Notes: generated by a model not told the origin, from the letters alone. DNA of 64,000 bases from Octopus vulgaris (GCA_951406725.2 OX597815.1:105276001-105340000); one strand, 5' to 3'; positions 12,025 through 25,203 are shown, numbered from the stretch's first letter. Numbers and translations: made by a program.

Positions 12025-12079
12025 TATCCGTGCTCGGTATATCTGAGGTCTGGTCTCTCTATTTCAGATGGATATTGTG

Positions 12080-12674
12080 TGCTGCTGCTGCTGCTATTGG
12101 GGATAATCCTACTAATTCTTTACAATTGCAAATATGCTCAATGCTACTACCAACACATTATAACAATGATAGTGAAGGACATTGTTGCTGATGTTATTGT
12201 TCGCTTAACTTCAATTCATTAGTTATGATATTCATGTTACTATTGTTAGTGTTCGCACTGCTGTGCTTGGATGATGCTATTACTGTTATGGTTGCTGCTA
12301 CTGCTGCTGATGTTAACAGTTGAAGTTGCAAGTATTAATTTTATTTCTTGTTACTCTACAAGTACTACTACTTTAACCATCTCAACCTTTCTCTTACTCT
12401 CTTTCTCTTTCTTGCTCCTCCTTCTCCGACTACCACAGTTATTCGTACAAGTACTACTACTGCTACCACCACCACCAATACTACTATTACTACTATTACT
12501 GCTACTACTGTTAATGCTGCTGCTGCTGCTATTACTGCTGCTGTTATTTTTACTATTGCTTTAATTATAACTGATATTGCTGATGCCATTAACGCTGTGG
12601 TTGTTGTTCATGGTGCTGCTGTTGTGAAGACCTATAAATAGCAATAGTATTGATCTGACACTACTACCAAACAT

Positions 12675-12715
<41 letters not shown>
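12080..12715. repeat. Degenerate (CTG/CTA/TTA) triplets and (AGT)n
   Basis: Read directly; the poly-Leu ORFs are artefacts. Confidence 0.85.
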
Positions 12716-12869
12716 ATTTTTCACTAGCAAGAAGGGCTCAAAGGAAAAAGGAAGTACAAAAGTCAAGACGTAAACAGTAATGAGGGGTTACATAAGGTGT
12801 GTAAAGAGATAATAGTAATGTCTTACATTCATAATAATTTCTTATATACATTGAAGACCTTTCCAAATT

Positions 12870-12927
12870 CCACCCTCTCACCCAATCTTCTGCCTCTCTT
12901 CCTCTCTTACCCTCGCTTTTTTTCGGC

Positions 12928-12967
<40 letters not shown>

Positions 12968-13010
12968 ATTTCTTTCTTTGACATGCTCTCTTTCTCTTTC
13001 TCCCTCCACC

Positions 13011-13041
<31 letters not shown>

Positions 13042-14180
13042 ATTTCTTGCGCTGTAACTTTATTTCTTCTTTCACATTGACTGTTTATTCTTACTTTTCT
13101 GTGTCAATCCCACATTTTCTCACGCATGTACACAATTTGCACACGTGCCCTCTGTCACTCTCTCTTACGCTTTCTCTCTCTCTATCTATCTTTATCTGTG
13201 TTACTCTTTCTCTCTTTCCATGTTTGTGTATCTGTGTATACATACTTCTATGTGAGTGCGTGCGCGGCAAGAGAGAGTCGGGGAGAAAGATAGAAAGTAC
13301 GGATTGGTTTGAAATATTTTCACAAAGATTCTTTTACTCAGTCTGATAAAGTATGTTTTTTTAATTTATTTATTATTCTCTTCATTCTCCCTCTCTTACA
13401 CTCTCTTCCTCTATCTTTCTGTATAAATGTGTGTATCCTATCTATATACATACATATACATGTTTGTGCATGAGGGGAAAAAGAGTGGGGGAGAACGAAG
13501 TATGGATTATTTTGAAATGATATTTCTACAAAGATTCCTGCATTCAATCAGATAAAGTTTTTTGAATTCTAGATTATTTCATGTCCACTTATATGCATGT
13601 TCGTATGTGTGTGTGTGTACACATGTATTCTGGAATATTCTAAACTTGAAAGCAAACATTTGCAAGTCCAGAGAAACTGTGAAAGCTGTAGGCATAGCCC
13701 CTTTGTTGGACCAAGCGAACAAAAAACAAACACCTTTTCGCGCGTTCGTGTTTTTATCAATATATTTTCTTGGTTGCTTTCACTCTTTCTCTTCCCCTTT
13801 CTGTTTCTTTCTCTCTCTCTTACTCAGTCTTTTTTTCTTCATCGATATTCACTACCGTTCTTTCTGTCGCCCTCTTCGACACTATTTTACTTTAATTCTT
13901 TACATCTATCCCATTTATTTTTTATCATTCACCGCGTGTTTTACAGTTGACTTTCACCTTTCTTTAATCCTACCATTACCCACCTAAACATCTAAATATC
14001 TAATACAAGCTTCTTTTTACGTCCTTCCTCATTCCACTGACTCTCTCTCTCTCTCTCTCTCTTTCTCTTTCTCTCTGCATTTCCCCCTTCTTTGCTCACT
14101 TTTCAGTCCACTTTTCAACTTGAGTTTTCTCCCCTTCTCTAATCATTACTCAACCCACTCCTCTATTTTACCTCCTCCCT
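12870..14180. repeat. Pyrimidine-rich region with (CT)n tracts
   Basis: Several (CT)n runs and strong strand skew. Confidence 0.75.
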
Positions 14181-14449
14181 TCATGATGCAGTGTCCATTT
14201 CCGGGCTAATAATAGACAGCGGTCTGCACTGTTACTATAGTTTATTGACGGTGCAGCAAACCCTCTTCAATGCAGTTGTCCATCAGGACCTAGCAGTACT
14301 ACTGTCTACACCACCAAACTACTAAAATTACCTTGCCTAATACCACACTATCTCTTCGAAATCGTAGCAAGTGACAAAAGTCGCCATAACATAATCACCA
14401 CCATCAACAATGACAATAATTGTTTCTAAAAGAGTCATGAGACGTGAAA

Positions 14450-14620
14450 TTTTCGGGAAATAGTTTAGTTGATTAAATTCACCTTTACTGGTATTTCTGT
14501 TTACCAACTCTGGAAGGCGAAATTCAAAGTTGACTTCGGCAGAATTTGAATTCAGAAGGTAAAGATATGGAAAAAATACTGCACAGCAATTGTCCGACCT
14601 CTATCAATTTGATCAATCAA
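14450..14620 (-). mobile_element. SINE family D, degenerate
   Basis: caaagttgacttcggcagaatttgaattcagaa resembles caaagtcgacctcggcggaatttgaactcaaaa at ~11933-11965. Confidence 0.6.
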
Positions 14621-14739
14621 TCCACTATTTTTTTATGTGTTTACACAAAAATTGAATGAGAAAAACATTGACTGAGATCAAATGTAAATACAATGTACAA
14701 AAAATGTGATGATACAACAGGTGCTCTAACTAGAGCTAA

Positions 14740-15795
14740 ACTAGGAAATCTCCGGTTTCAGAATCGCTCTGACTTCCAAATCAAATGCCTTCTCCTAACT
14801 TTTATTCACGGGCCTACAGACACTTGGATAATGTAGAACCTTTCAGTATTGGCATGTTTGCCACCGTCACCCACCTTATAACAAATTTTCTGGACGAGAA
14901 GAGTTCCCACTTCACCCTCACCTTTCCAAGCGAATCTTCAAAAAATCTTATTGGGGCTTGAATGATGAGAAGCGTTTGTCTTCAATTCTTTTCCACCTAG
15001 TCCACACAACCATTGTTGCCATAGCCAAAGTCAAAGGGAAAAGAAATTCCTGCCCCTCCCGGTTAAAGGAGAGCGGCAAGGTAATAATAGTCTTGGTTAA
15101 TAACCGGATCTGCCCTACAGCGACTATAGCCGTTCGACATAATTCCACATATCAGTAATGCCTGATCACTAAACAAATACGTGCAGGAACGGTTTCGTCA
15201 CTGTACACCTACTTTGGACTGGCTTGTCTGACGAATCCTCAGTATAACTACAGGGTAAAGATTTCTGGAAATTATACATAGATGACGGTCCATAAGTCCT
15301 TAGAAGTAGACCAGTCATGCTCATCGATACCCAGAACTTCCCCGTAAACGTCAATATTGCAAATGTAGATCATTAACGAGGATCTTCCGCCGACTACTTG
15401 CCCAACTGTTAGAAGTCGGTGAGCATTGAAAACATTCGCGATACTAACCGACGAGATGCACTAGCTTCTCTGAGTGCCATACTACAAGCACACTTACTTG
15501 CCCCAGTAATACTTCCTTTTGACATTGCCTCATAATCCTTGAAAATGTTACTGCCAACCTCTATATCCTAGGTGTCCCTTCCAACATCATCAAAGTGGTG
15601 TCATCTGCGAACCGAACTCGATTCTCTTACGTTCTAGTTCTGAAAGAATGCCCTCTACAGTTCCAGCTTCTGCAGCAATAGCTCGGGAACCAGCTCATAA
15701 AAAAATTTAAATAATGAGAGAAGCCATCTCTAACAGATTGAGCGTGCAATACAATACAAAACGGTTCTGAGAATTGGCCGTTCACCTTGTTAAAG
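14740..15795 (-). mobile_element. Tx1/L1-clade LINE remnant (3' part of ORF2)
   Basis: Minus strand VNGQFSEPF...SVR (RT region), then a decayed C-terminal region with a Cys/His stretch (SRCTVTK...HVF); similar to 16135-16848. Confidence 0.65.
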
Positions 15796-15834
15796 TTGAT
15801 GACGTATCAGAGAAACAACATCAACTAGAGTAGG

Positions 15835-15970
15835 ACAAAAAATTCCGACCCGTATCTTTGCTACATGCAGAGTTTAAGATTTTGATTGAGATGTTAATAA
15901 AAGTTTGTGCAAGACGATCCCGAACGTATCTCTGCACAACAATTGTTACGTCGTGCATTTCATCCATAAG
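15835..15970 (+). mobile_element. Tx1/L1-clade RT domains 1-2, inverted relative to its neighbour
   Basis: Plus strand reads KFRPVSLLHAEFKIL (compare the NWRPISLLNxDYKIL consensus), then an IP...NN...I-like stretch. Confidence 0.6.
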
Positions 15971-16134
15971 ACCGATGCTATAGGGTAGATATCCTGAAAG
16001 CAACCAGTTCTGCTGTTTCCACTGTTGTCTTGTAAATGTTTATGATTTTTCTGCGGCACTACCGTATTACTGATCGAGATGTTGTTGTTGCTTCTGTTGC
16101 TGTTGATGGGGATGGGAGTGGTGGCGGTGCAAAA

Positions 16135-16848
16135 TACGTTTTCTTCTTCAATCATGCCTGTGTGAGAGTGGTAGAGATGGTGGTATTTTGTTTTGGTGAC
16201 TGAAATTGAGGAAAAAGCACCCATTTCTGGTTGAGAGTAGTTACCAAGCTCGTTTCTCCGTCCCAGGTTTTGTCCATCTGGAGGTACTGATCGAACTAGA
16301 CCCCGAGCAATTTCACCAGTCTGTCCGCCCGTCCAGCGCCCAACAACACAGTTGGGCGGCGTAGATTTGCTTCCCTGCGTGCCGAGCCGCAACACCATTA
16401 GCTTCTCTGATTAATTTTCGCTCCTGATACCGCCTCATAGTCCTTGAGAGCGTTGCCGATTATCTCAATGTGTTTACTTTTCGACACCACAACGGTGACG
16501 TCATTGATATATCTCGACATGGATCTCCCACATACTAGATTATGTGGAATGTCCCTCAATGTCTTCGGTTTATGTAGTAAGGGTTCGAGAGTCAGTACGT
16601 ACAGCAGGGACGAGAAAGGGCAACTTTTGCGGACCAAGCGCATGATACTGAACGGTTCTGAGAGGTGACCGTTTATTCTGACCACTGAACATATGTCGCT
16701 GTACATTGCAATGCAATGGTCCATCTCCTGATACAGGACTGATACCGCTGTCTTCAGGACCACCGCCAGGTACAGATTGTCAACCCTATCGAAAGTTTTG
16801 GAATGACCTAAATCGATCAGATCCCCATTCGTGCCGGGTTCTTTAGCC
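16135..16848 (-). mobile_element. Tx1/L1-clade LINE RT fragment
   Basis: DLGHSKTFDRVD, VRINGHLSEPFSIMRLVRKSCPFSSLLYVLTLEPLL, YINDVTVVV, YEAVSGAKIN. Confidence 0.8.
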
Positions 16849-16898
<50 letters not shown>

Positions 16899-16999
16899 TA
16901 AGCTGAAAAGAATAAATAGCATGTTACTGTAGGTTGCAGATAGTAAGCCCGCTACGCATGCAAAACTCCAGTAGCTCCAACAAAACCTGTGATAAAGAG

Positions 17000-17072
<73 letters not shown>

Positions 17073-17083
17073 TGATAATAATG

Positions 17084-17152
<69 letters not shown>

Positions 17153-17160
17153 TAATCAAA
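16849..17160. repeat. (TAA)n tracts enclosing a ~100-bp insert
   Basis: Read directly; the insert at ~16900-17000 is probably the 3' end of a TAA-targeting element. Confidence 0.9.
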
Positions 17161-17161
17161 T

Positions 17162-17708
17162 AATGCAGTACCAGGCAGTGGCTCCCGTGGCGTCTGATCT
17201 TAACTGATTGGAAGTGTTATCATGTACATTGTTTTGTCTTGGTATAAAAGATGGGCTACAGCAAATATTCTACTCAATGCCACAGATTTGCTTGTCAGTT
17301 GTTTGACCTTAACCAGTTGAGCATGTCCCTTAATGGCTGACGATATGTGCATCTCTGAACACGAGCAGAAGTAGTGGGGGAGCATCATAGCCATGTGCTG
17401 ATAGGGATTCTTTGGGTTTTGAATAATTCACCTTTGGAAACATGGGTATTTCGTTCAACATCCTTAAACAACCTTTATTCAGGGACCTTTTGAGCGGGAT
17501 GGGCTACTCGACCAGAAGAAAATTCTAACTGGGTCCCACCTGCAAGGTCATGTACTGTTTATCTTGATATGAGATCACGATGTCACGCACATATTATAGT
17601 GATGCATGTGCCTGGTGTACCTTTATCAGATAGGTAGTCATGATGGGAATATTGGGCTTCGTATATTTTACTCCAGTGTCACTTTGATGGCATGCACTGC
17701 TCTTTCAC
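17162..17708 (+). mobile_element. ~550-bp non-autonomous element inserted in (TAA)n, copy 1
   Basis: Collinear over its full length with the reverse complements of 47013-47561 and 55024-55562; flanked by (TAA)n. Confidence 0.85.
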
Positions 17709-17768
<60 letters not shown>

Positions 17769-17774
17769 TAGTCA

Positions 17775-19918
17775 AAAGGACGTCAGAATAGAGTTGTATT
17801 TACTGAAGTTAAACAATTAGCAAAGTGGAAAGGACAGGCCTGGATGGAGTACGAGTTTATTGGTTGAATAATTTTACACAGTTGCATGAAAAGCTCGCTG
17901 CACACCTTGGTGAATGCCTGCAGCAGACATGTCTCTACCTGGATGACAAGTGGACGGATGTTGTCATGTCCCAAACACCCCTTGGAAAGTAAGTTGGCTT
18001 CAGATTTTCGACGTGTAACCTGTTTACCACTTATGTGGAAGCTTATGACCAATGTCTTGGCGAAAAAGATACACAATCATCTGCAAAGTAACAATTTACT
18101 TCCAGAGAGACAGAAAGGATGGATGCAGGAAGCAAAGTAGATCAACTAAAGCCCTATTATTAGTTGAAACCATGATATTTAGAAGTCACAGATTGAAGGT
18201 ATCGAATGTAACATGATCGGTACTGGGAAATTGGATAAATAAAAAATGAGTATATTTGGAGTTGCAAAAAATATGGAGAAAATTGTCGATGAAAGTATGA
18301 AACATTGGAATATTGAATTGATTAGAGGAAAACAATGACTTGGGAAAGTGAACATTAGACGCGGTACATTTCAAGGTGATACCTTATCTCCATTATTATT
18401 TGTATTGGCCAAGGCGGCGAGCTGGCAGAATCGTTACCGCCCAGGACGAAATGCTTAGTAGTATTTCGCCCGTCGCTACGTTTTGAGTCCAAATTCCACC
18501 GAGATCGACTTTGTCATTCATCCTTTTGGGGTCAATAAATTAAATACCAGTTGAGTAATCGACTATCTCCCTCACCCAAATTTCAGACCTTGTGCCTATA
18601 ATAGAAAGGATTATTTGTATGGGCCATGATACCGCTCATTTTGATACTAGCTTATGATTTGGGAAACGGGTATGGTCAGATAAATTATTTTCTTTTTTAT
18701 GCGAAAAATGAGAAGCAGCGTGAAAGTCTTGTTCGCAAATGATTTAGGTATCGAATTCGCGATTCAAATGTACGCTATATTGATAAGGAAGGTCTGAAGG
18801 AAGTCAGCGAATTGAAATACCAAACGGGCAAACAATAAAAGTAGTTAAGAAAGAATAGTGGTTTAAATGTTTAGGGACATTGGGAGCAAATGAAATAAAG
18901 TATGAAGAGGTGAAGCAAGTTACAATTAGCAGGTATGCGAACAGAGTGAGAAAAATATTACAAAGTTGAATTTTAAAAATGTTATTGAAGCAATTAATGC
19001 AAGAGCAGTACCGGTTACCAGAAATGGAGCTAGAACTGTAGACTTGACAAAAAAGGACACAAAGAAACTTCACAGAACATAGAGGCTGTTAAACATGTAT
19101 GGAGCCCATCATCCGAAAGTTGATAAACCGGTTGTACTAGAAGAGAAACTAGGGTGGAAAAGGATTAATGGTTGTTGAGTATGCATAGATGGAAAGAAAA
19201 AGCCTACTAGAATATTTACAGAACGGCATAGAGAAATTACTAAAAGCAGTGAATATAGGAAAAGGTGAAAAGTTTAGAATAGGAGAAAAGGACAAGAATG
19301 AAATTCAACGAGAGCATATTAAACAGATTGATGAGGACGCTTTGCATGGTCAGGTTTGGAAAAGCATGGTGGAGATATGTGGAACAAAAACCTGAGATTG
19401 GTTGAAAAAAGAGTAATTGAAGAAAGAAACAGAGAGCCTTATTATACCAGCTCAAGGTCAAGCGTTAAAAACGAATAATTTGAGAAAATATAAGTATGGG
19501 GAGAAAGTGCAAGCAAAATGCAGGGTGACACATTGTTGCAGAATGTCCCATGTTAGCTCAAGAAACCTGTGGGCTGAAAGAGTGCTTCAGTTGGGAAAAT
19601 GCAAAATTTTTATGGGATTTTTGCAATTCAAACGGATAAGTATATAGAAAAATATTAAACCAGATATAATAATAATACACAGAGAAAAGCGTATGTGCTT
19701 TCTAACTGATCTATCATGTCGGCCTGAATCCAGGATTGTAAAAAAAGAAGAAAATTTTTTAAACTACAATCCCTAAAATCTGAAATTGCTAGAATTTTGC
19801 ATCCGAAAACTGTGATAATTGCTGCATAAGTGACTGTCAATAATGATAAAGACAATGGGTCGAAGGAGATTCAAATAAGGTGTCCTGTGGCGCCTCTAAA
19901 GAAAGATTGCTTCTTAGG
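17775..19918 (+). mobile_element. R4/Dong-type RLE LINE, old decayed copy
   Basis: FRRVTCLPLMWKL...LLPERQKG, GTFQGDTLSPLLF, KKETESLIIPAQGQALKTN, KPDII; starts directly after (TAA)n; interrupted by a SINE. Confidence 0.8.
18413..18612 (+). mobile_element. SINE family D nested in the Dong LINE
   Basis: ggcggcgagctggcagaatcgtta head; the insertion interrupts the LINE just after SPLLFVL. Confidence 0.85.
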
Positions 19919-19957
19919 TATATATAAATATATATATATAGGTATACACACACACAG

Positions 19958-20050
19958 AAGCATAGCACACGGGTTCCTGCCTGCCCAGCTCCTTTCAAGC
20001 CGTCCAACCAATTCCAGCATAGAAAGAGGATGTTAAATGATGATGATGAT
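19958..20050 (+). mobile_element. RTE-type LINE 3' end with a (GAT)n tail
   Basis: gccgtccaaccaattccagcatagaaagaggatgttaaa(tga)n; clade assignment is from recollection. Confidence 0.45.
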
Positions 20051-20130
20051 AATGTATGTGCGTGTGTGCGTGCGTGCACGTGTATGTATGTAGATAGAAA
20101 TATGTGTATTTATGTTTTTGAGCGTATGTG

Positions 20131-20179
<49 letters not shown>

Positions 20180-20181
<2 letters not shown>

Positions 20182-20267
20182 CTTTCGCCGAACCGCTAAG
20201 TTACACCAACATCGGTTGTCAAGCGATGTTGGGGGACAAACACACACACACAAATATATACACACAG

Positions 20268-20308
<41 letters not shown>

Positions 20309-20464
20309 ACGGGCTTCTTCCAGTTTCCCTCTACCAAATCCACTCACAAGGATTTAGTCGGCCCGAGGCTATAGTAGAAGACACTTGCCCAAGGTGCAAC
20401 GCAGTGGGACTGAACCTGGCACCATGTGGTTGGTAAGCAAGCTACTTACCACACAGCCACTCCA
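20180..20464 (-). mobile_element. SINE family A, 3'-truncated
   Basis: Closely matches the 960-1220 portion of the 836-1220 copy. Confidence 0.9.
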
Positions 20465-20474
20465 TTATATATGC

Positions 20475-20507
<33 letters not shown>

Positions 20508-20547
20508 CATATATATATATATATACATACATACATACATACATACA

Positions 20548-20583
<36 letters not shown>

Positions 20584-20623
20584 TATATATACATACATAT
20601 ATATATATATTATAATATATATA

Positions 20624-20696
<73 letters not shown>

Positions 20697-20703
20697 TTAT
20701 TAT

Positions 20704-20813
20704 ATGTATATAAGGAGAATAAGACAATGTAGCAAATGCTAAAATAATTTTAATGTATTTCATGATAAAACAATTTTAGCATTTTCTATCTTGTCTTAAT
20801 TTCCTTATACATA
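20704..20813. repeat. Inverted repeat, MITE-like fold-back (~40-bp arms)
   Basis: tataaggagaataagacaatgtagcaaatgctaaaat pairs with attttagcattttctatcttgtcttaatttccttata. Confidence 0.8.
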
Positions 20814-21495
20814 TCAACTCGTGTGTCACTTTTCAACATTCTACACACACACACACACACATATATGCGCACACATAATATTTCTAACATACACACACAC
20901 ATACATCATAGAAATACATGTCTCACATGATGTGGTATTCAATCAGAAGTGGGATGAATAGACAATTTTTTACATGCAGGACGAAGAGAAAGGGAAACAT
21001 AAGAAAATAATGCAAGATGTGATCGTTTCACAGAAGCACTTAAATAACAGCAACAGTAACTAAGACAGTACTGCCACTACATCAATTTTTATGCAAAACA
21101 ATGTTAAAAACCGAAGAACGATAAAATCAATCACAGCAATTTCGATATCAAGTAGTGTTTCTTGATAGTTATAGTATACAAGCAACATTAAAGACAGACA
21201 CAGTAATTAGATTATTTGCAACAATATGACCTGCAGCATCATCACCTTCAACAACAATAGTAGCTACAGACACCAGACAGCGAAGGCATGTGTGGTCGGT
21301 AGTCAGCTATACAAGATAGTCATACCGAATGACTTCAGAAAATGAATACATTACACACATACATACATACATACATACATACATACATACATACATGTAT
21401 ACATACAAACAAACACACACACATACACACATATATATATGCATATATATATGTATGTATGATATATATATATATACATACATACATATATATAT

Positions 21496-21553
<58 letters not shown>

Positions 21554-21802
21554 ATATATGTATGTATGATATATATATATATATATATATATATGTGTAT
21601 ATATATGTGTGTGTGTATGTGTGTGTATAAACACTCGACATAACGTATACTTAATGTAAAAACGAACGGGAGACAAACAGAAAGTCCGTAATTCTTCAGC
21701 AGTAATCGACTAATTGGTAATATTCAGTTTTGCACCTTTAACGATAAGACTGACTGCTCCCCAAAATACACAGACACACACACACACATATATATATATA
21801 TG

Positions 21803-21861
<59 letters not shown>

Positions 21862-21969
21862 AAACTAGGAGGAGCACAAGTTTATATTATATTTATTATA
21901 TGCTGTTATAGCACCCCTGGAATATCTTTGAACATAGATCTGTTCAATCAGAGCTTATCTGTACGAAAT

Positions 21970-22870
21970 AATTATAACAACTGCAACAGTAAATGAAGCA
22001 GCAGATATACTGCAGTAGTATCAGTCGCAATAGCAACTGCAACAACACTGATTACTACAACAGCAGTGATAGCTGTGATTATATTACCAATAAAAGCCAC
22101 AGCCACAATCACATAACTGCAGTAGTTCTAAGAAAGGCTGTAGAAATAGCAATTTGTGTAGCATTAACAAATGCTAAAGGTATAGTTCCAATAACATAGA
22201 GTCCAAGATCAGTTAGAAAAGAGCAGCAGTATCAGCGACAGCGGGAGGAACGATAATAACAAAAACAATACCAGCAATAATATTGGAAACAGGAAGCGCA
22301 CCTCCACTATGGATAATAGAAGCAGTAATTGCAATTTACAAGACATCTAGTAACGTTCTAGCAAACTAGAGAATAAAGGGCAACAAATAATAGAAAGAAA
22401 AAGGAAAATTGTAAAACTTTAGAATGAATTAATTAACAACGCCGGCAGCTGTTAGAAGTGAACAACAAAACAACAACAAAAATAGAGGCAGCAAGAAGAA
22501 ATGAGCAGCGGTAAGAACCAAGTCCAGTAGTAAGAAGAACCAGTAGCCGTCAGAAAAAAAAAAGTTCTACGAAAGAAAAGCAGTTGCAGAAGAAATAATA
22601 ACAAAGGTTTTATACTTAATAACAAGGGCAGCAATATCAGCAGCAGTAAATATATGCAGCAGCAGCAGTGCAGCACCAATTGTAGCAGCACTAGCAAGAG
22701 CAACAAATTCTAGAAGCAGCGATATCAACAGTTTATCAGTAGAAATTTACTGCAAAACACAAAAACATAACACAGGTAGACAGGCAGACAGGCAGACAGA
22801 CAGGCAGACAGACAGGCGGACAGGCAGGGAGACAGAAAACATACAGACCGGCAGGTAGATAGCGACCAGT
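21970..22870. repeat. Degenerate (AGC/AAC)n triplets and (CAGA)n
   Basis: Read directly from the sequence. Confidence 0.7.
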
Positions 22871-23873
22871 TTACTTCTTACGCTGAATAGCAAAAACATA
22901 AGCCTTCATGCACTGGACTAACATATTGTGTATTGTTGCCCATCATTGCTTTCAGATACCTACCTGAAGTGCTTCAATTAATAATACCAACACATAATCA
23001 GAGTAGAGAGTAAAATATATAGAGCAGAAGTATAAGGGGTAGAGAATACTTTAGGGATGGGAAAAACAAACAGAAGCAAAATTAAGACCATTGTGAAATT
23101 ACATACAGTCATTAATAAAACATTTTCATGTCAGCATCAGTACCATTTTATTTTTCACTCATTTTATCTTGTTTTCCTCTTCTCTCTACCTCTAATTCAA
23201 TCTTTTCATCGTCATTATCGTTACTGCCTGCATCACATTATTTCAATAGCAACTGCGAGTTTCAGTTTTGGTATCATCATCATGAATAGTGTGGTAACCA
23301 TCTGATTCAATTTTCTCTTCATGAACTAATGTCTTAAAAATTCGCCTTACTCAACAACTTTCTTACTTTTGATTCTTTACATGCTGTTTCCTAAATGTAA
23401 ATATATGCTGGAGAGCACATTTTCACATACTCTCTACGGGATGAATACATAAGTAGTGCCTCGGAAGTGCCACATGACATGTGTTTCTAAGTTTCTTTCC
23501 AACGGAATTCGTTTTACTAATAGGTTTTATGCTCACTTTTAAAAGCTTGAAGTTTACTGATGATTTAATATACTGCAATCACACATTCTTACTCTTTACA
23601 TAACTTTGATTTACTATATCAACGTAGCTCAGCCTAATTTCACTTGTTATAGCAACATTAGTAACAGCATTAATAACTCCGTTGAAGAGGGTTAGCGTAA
23701 CGAAAGAGAGAACGGTAGCAAGAAGCATAGCAGCATCGCCATAATATAAATATGTATTGACACATCCATTTGTAGATACCGGTCGCATGTATATGTACAC
23801 GTGTGTATCTGAGTGTGTATGTGTATGTGTGTGTGCACTTACGTATGTATGTATATAAATATGCATATAAACA

Positions 23874-23933
<60 letters not shown>

Positions 23934-24049
23934 TATAGGTATATGTGTGTACGTGCATCTGTTCAGAAAAGGATACATCGAGAGGAATTCACATATGTAA
24001 TATAGTAAACGCAAAGATTTTCCACTAATTGATATTATACTCACAATTT

Positions 24050-24440
24050 GAAGGCAAGTAGCTACTCCATTATCTAGAATAGCTATAAACCTCCCACATA
24101 AACATTTCCATTTACTCATAAATACTTTAAACTTAACAGAAAAATTGTTAAATTTGCTTACTCTACCACTGACAACTTCCAACATATATTAGCAAGCATC
24201 AGCAATGAAAACCTTTCTTCACGAAAACAATTCACAGCTTATATGCAATTGCCCCAATCTGAATACATGCACAATAGATTTCAAAATTTATATTGCAAAA
24301 ACGACAAAGATCTATTCCACAAGTCAAATAGACGGAATGGCACAACGCTATCACAATATATATAGTCACAAAAACATATAGTGTGCCTATAATATAAAGG
24401 AAAGATACTCCCCTCCTCCAAATCCAACACCGGTAGACGT
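24050..24440 (+). mobile_element. Penelope-like element remnant (RT linker and GIY-YIG tail)
   Basis: KHFH...HKYFKLNRKIVKFAYSTTDNFQHIL and RNGTTLSQYI...PYNIK.KIL resemble Penelope C-terminal motifs. Confidence 0.55.
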
Positions 24441-24763
24441 AAAATTTTCTAAATTATGAACCAAAGTATAACATGAAATGTTAATCTCCTCCGCTAACTT
24501 CAAATATTCAGATTAAATCTCTACAAGCTTACACAAAATTTATAAATCACTTAGATACTTCAAAATTATGCTCTCCCCAAATAATAAATATATGAATTGA
24601 CTGAGAATATATCTATGGTAGCTGTTTCGGTGATTTTTTTCTTTTTTGGTATTCCCAGATTACACCATACGATAAAATTGATCATCTTCCGGTAAAGTTA
24701 TAAACTGATAAGTCATACAGGTGAGATTTCATACATCGAACATGACGAAACCAATGTATATAT

Positions 24764-24851
<88 letters not shown>

Positions 24852-24952
24852 TTATTTATATCCTTTATTTATTAAGTTTACCATTGGTTTCGTGTTGAGA
24901 TATGAAGATATTAACATTAAACCAATGCTTGCCTTAATACACAAATAGAGAA

Positions 24953-25008
<56 letters not shown>

Positions 25009-25009
<1 letters not shown>

Positions 25010-25203
25010 GGGAAAGTTTACGAAAAGAACAAAAGTCGAAGACAGGTGGTATACAAAACAAACAGATGTATTAGTATAACGCTCAGGAACAGAAAAAAGT
25101 CTTGTACGTTTCGAACCTGCGCTCTTCTACAGAAAGGTACACAGAAAAAACAAGGAGAGAAACCAGGAGAGAAAAACATGTATGTAGTGGCTAACGATCT
25201 ATC
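25009..25203 (-). mobile_element. Penelope pLTR/retrozyme-like element, hammerhead-like motif at 25101-25136
   Basis: Homologous to 1708-1895; lies between two (TA)n tracts. Confidence 0.65.

Noticed and set aside
12271-12641. Signal-peptide or transmembrane-like poly-Leu and Thr/Ala ORFs
   Set aside because: Decayed triplet repeats open in several frames.
13562-13987. Overlapping 117-141-aa ORFs
   Set aside because: They stay open because of CT-rich skew; no domain or convincing exon boundaries.
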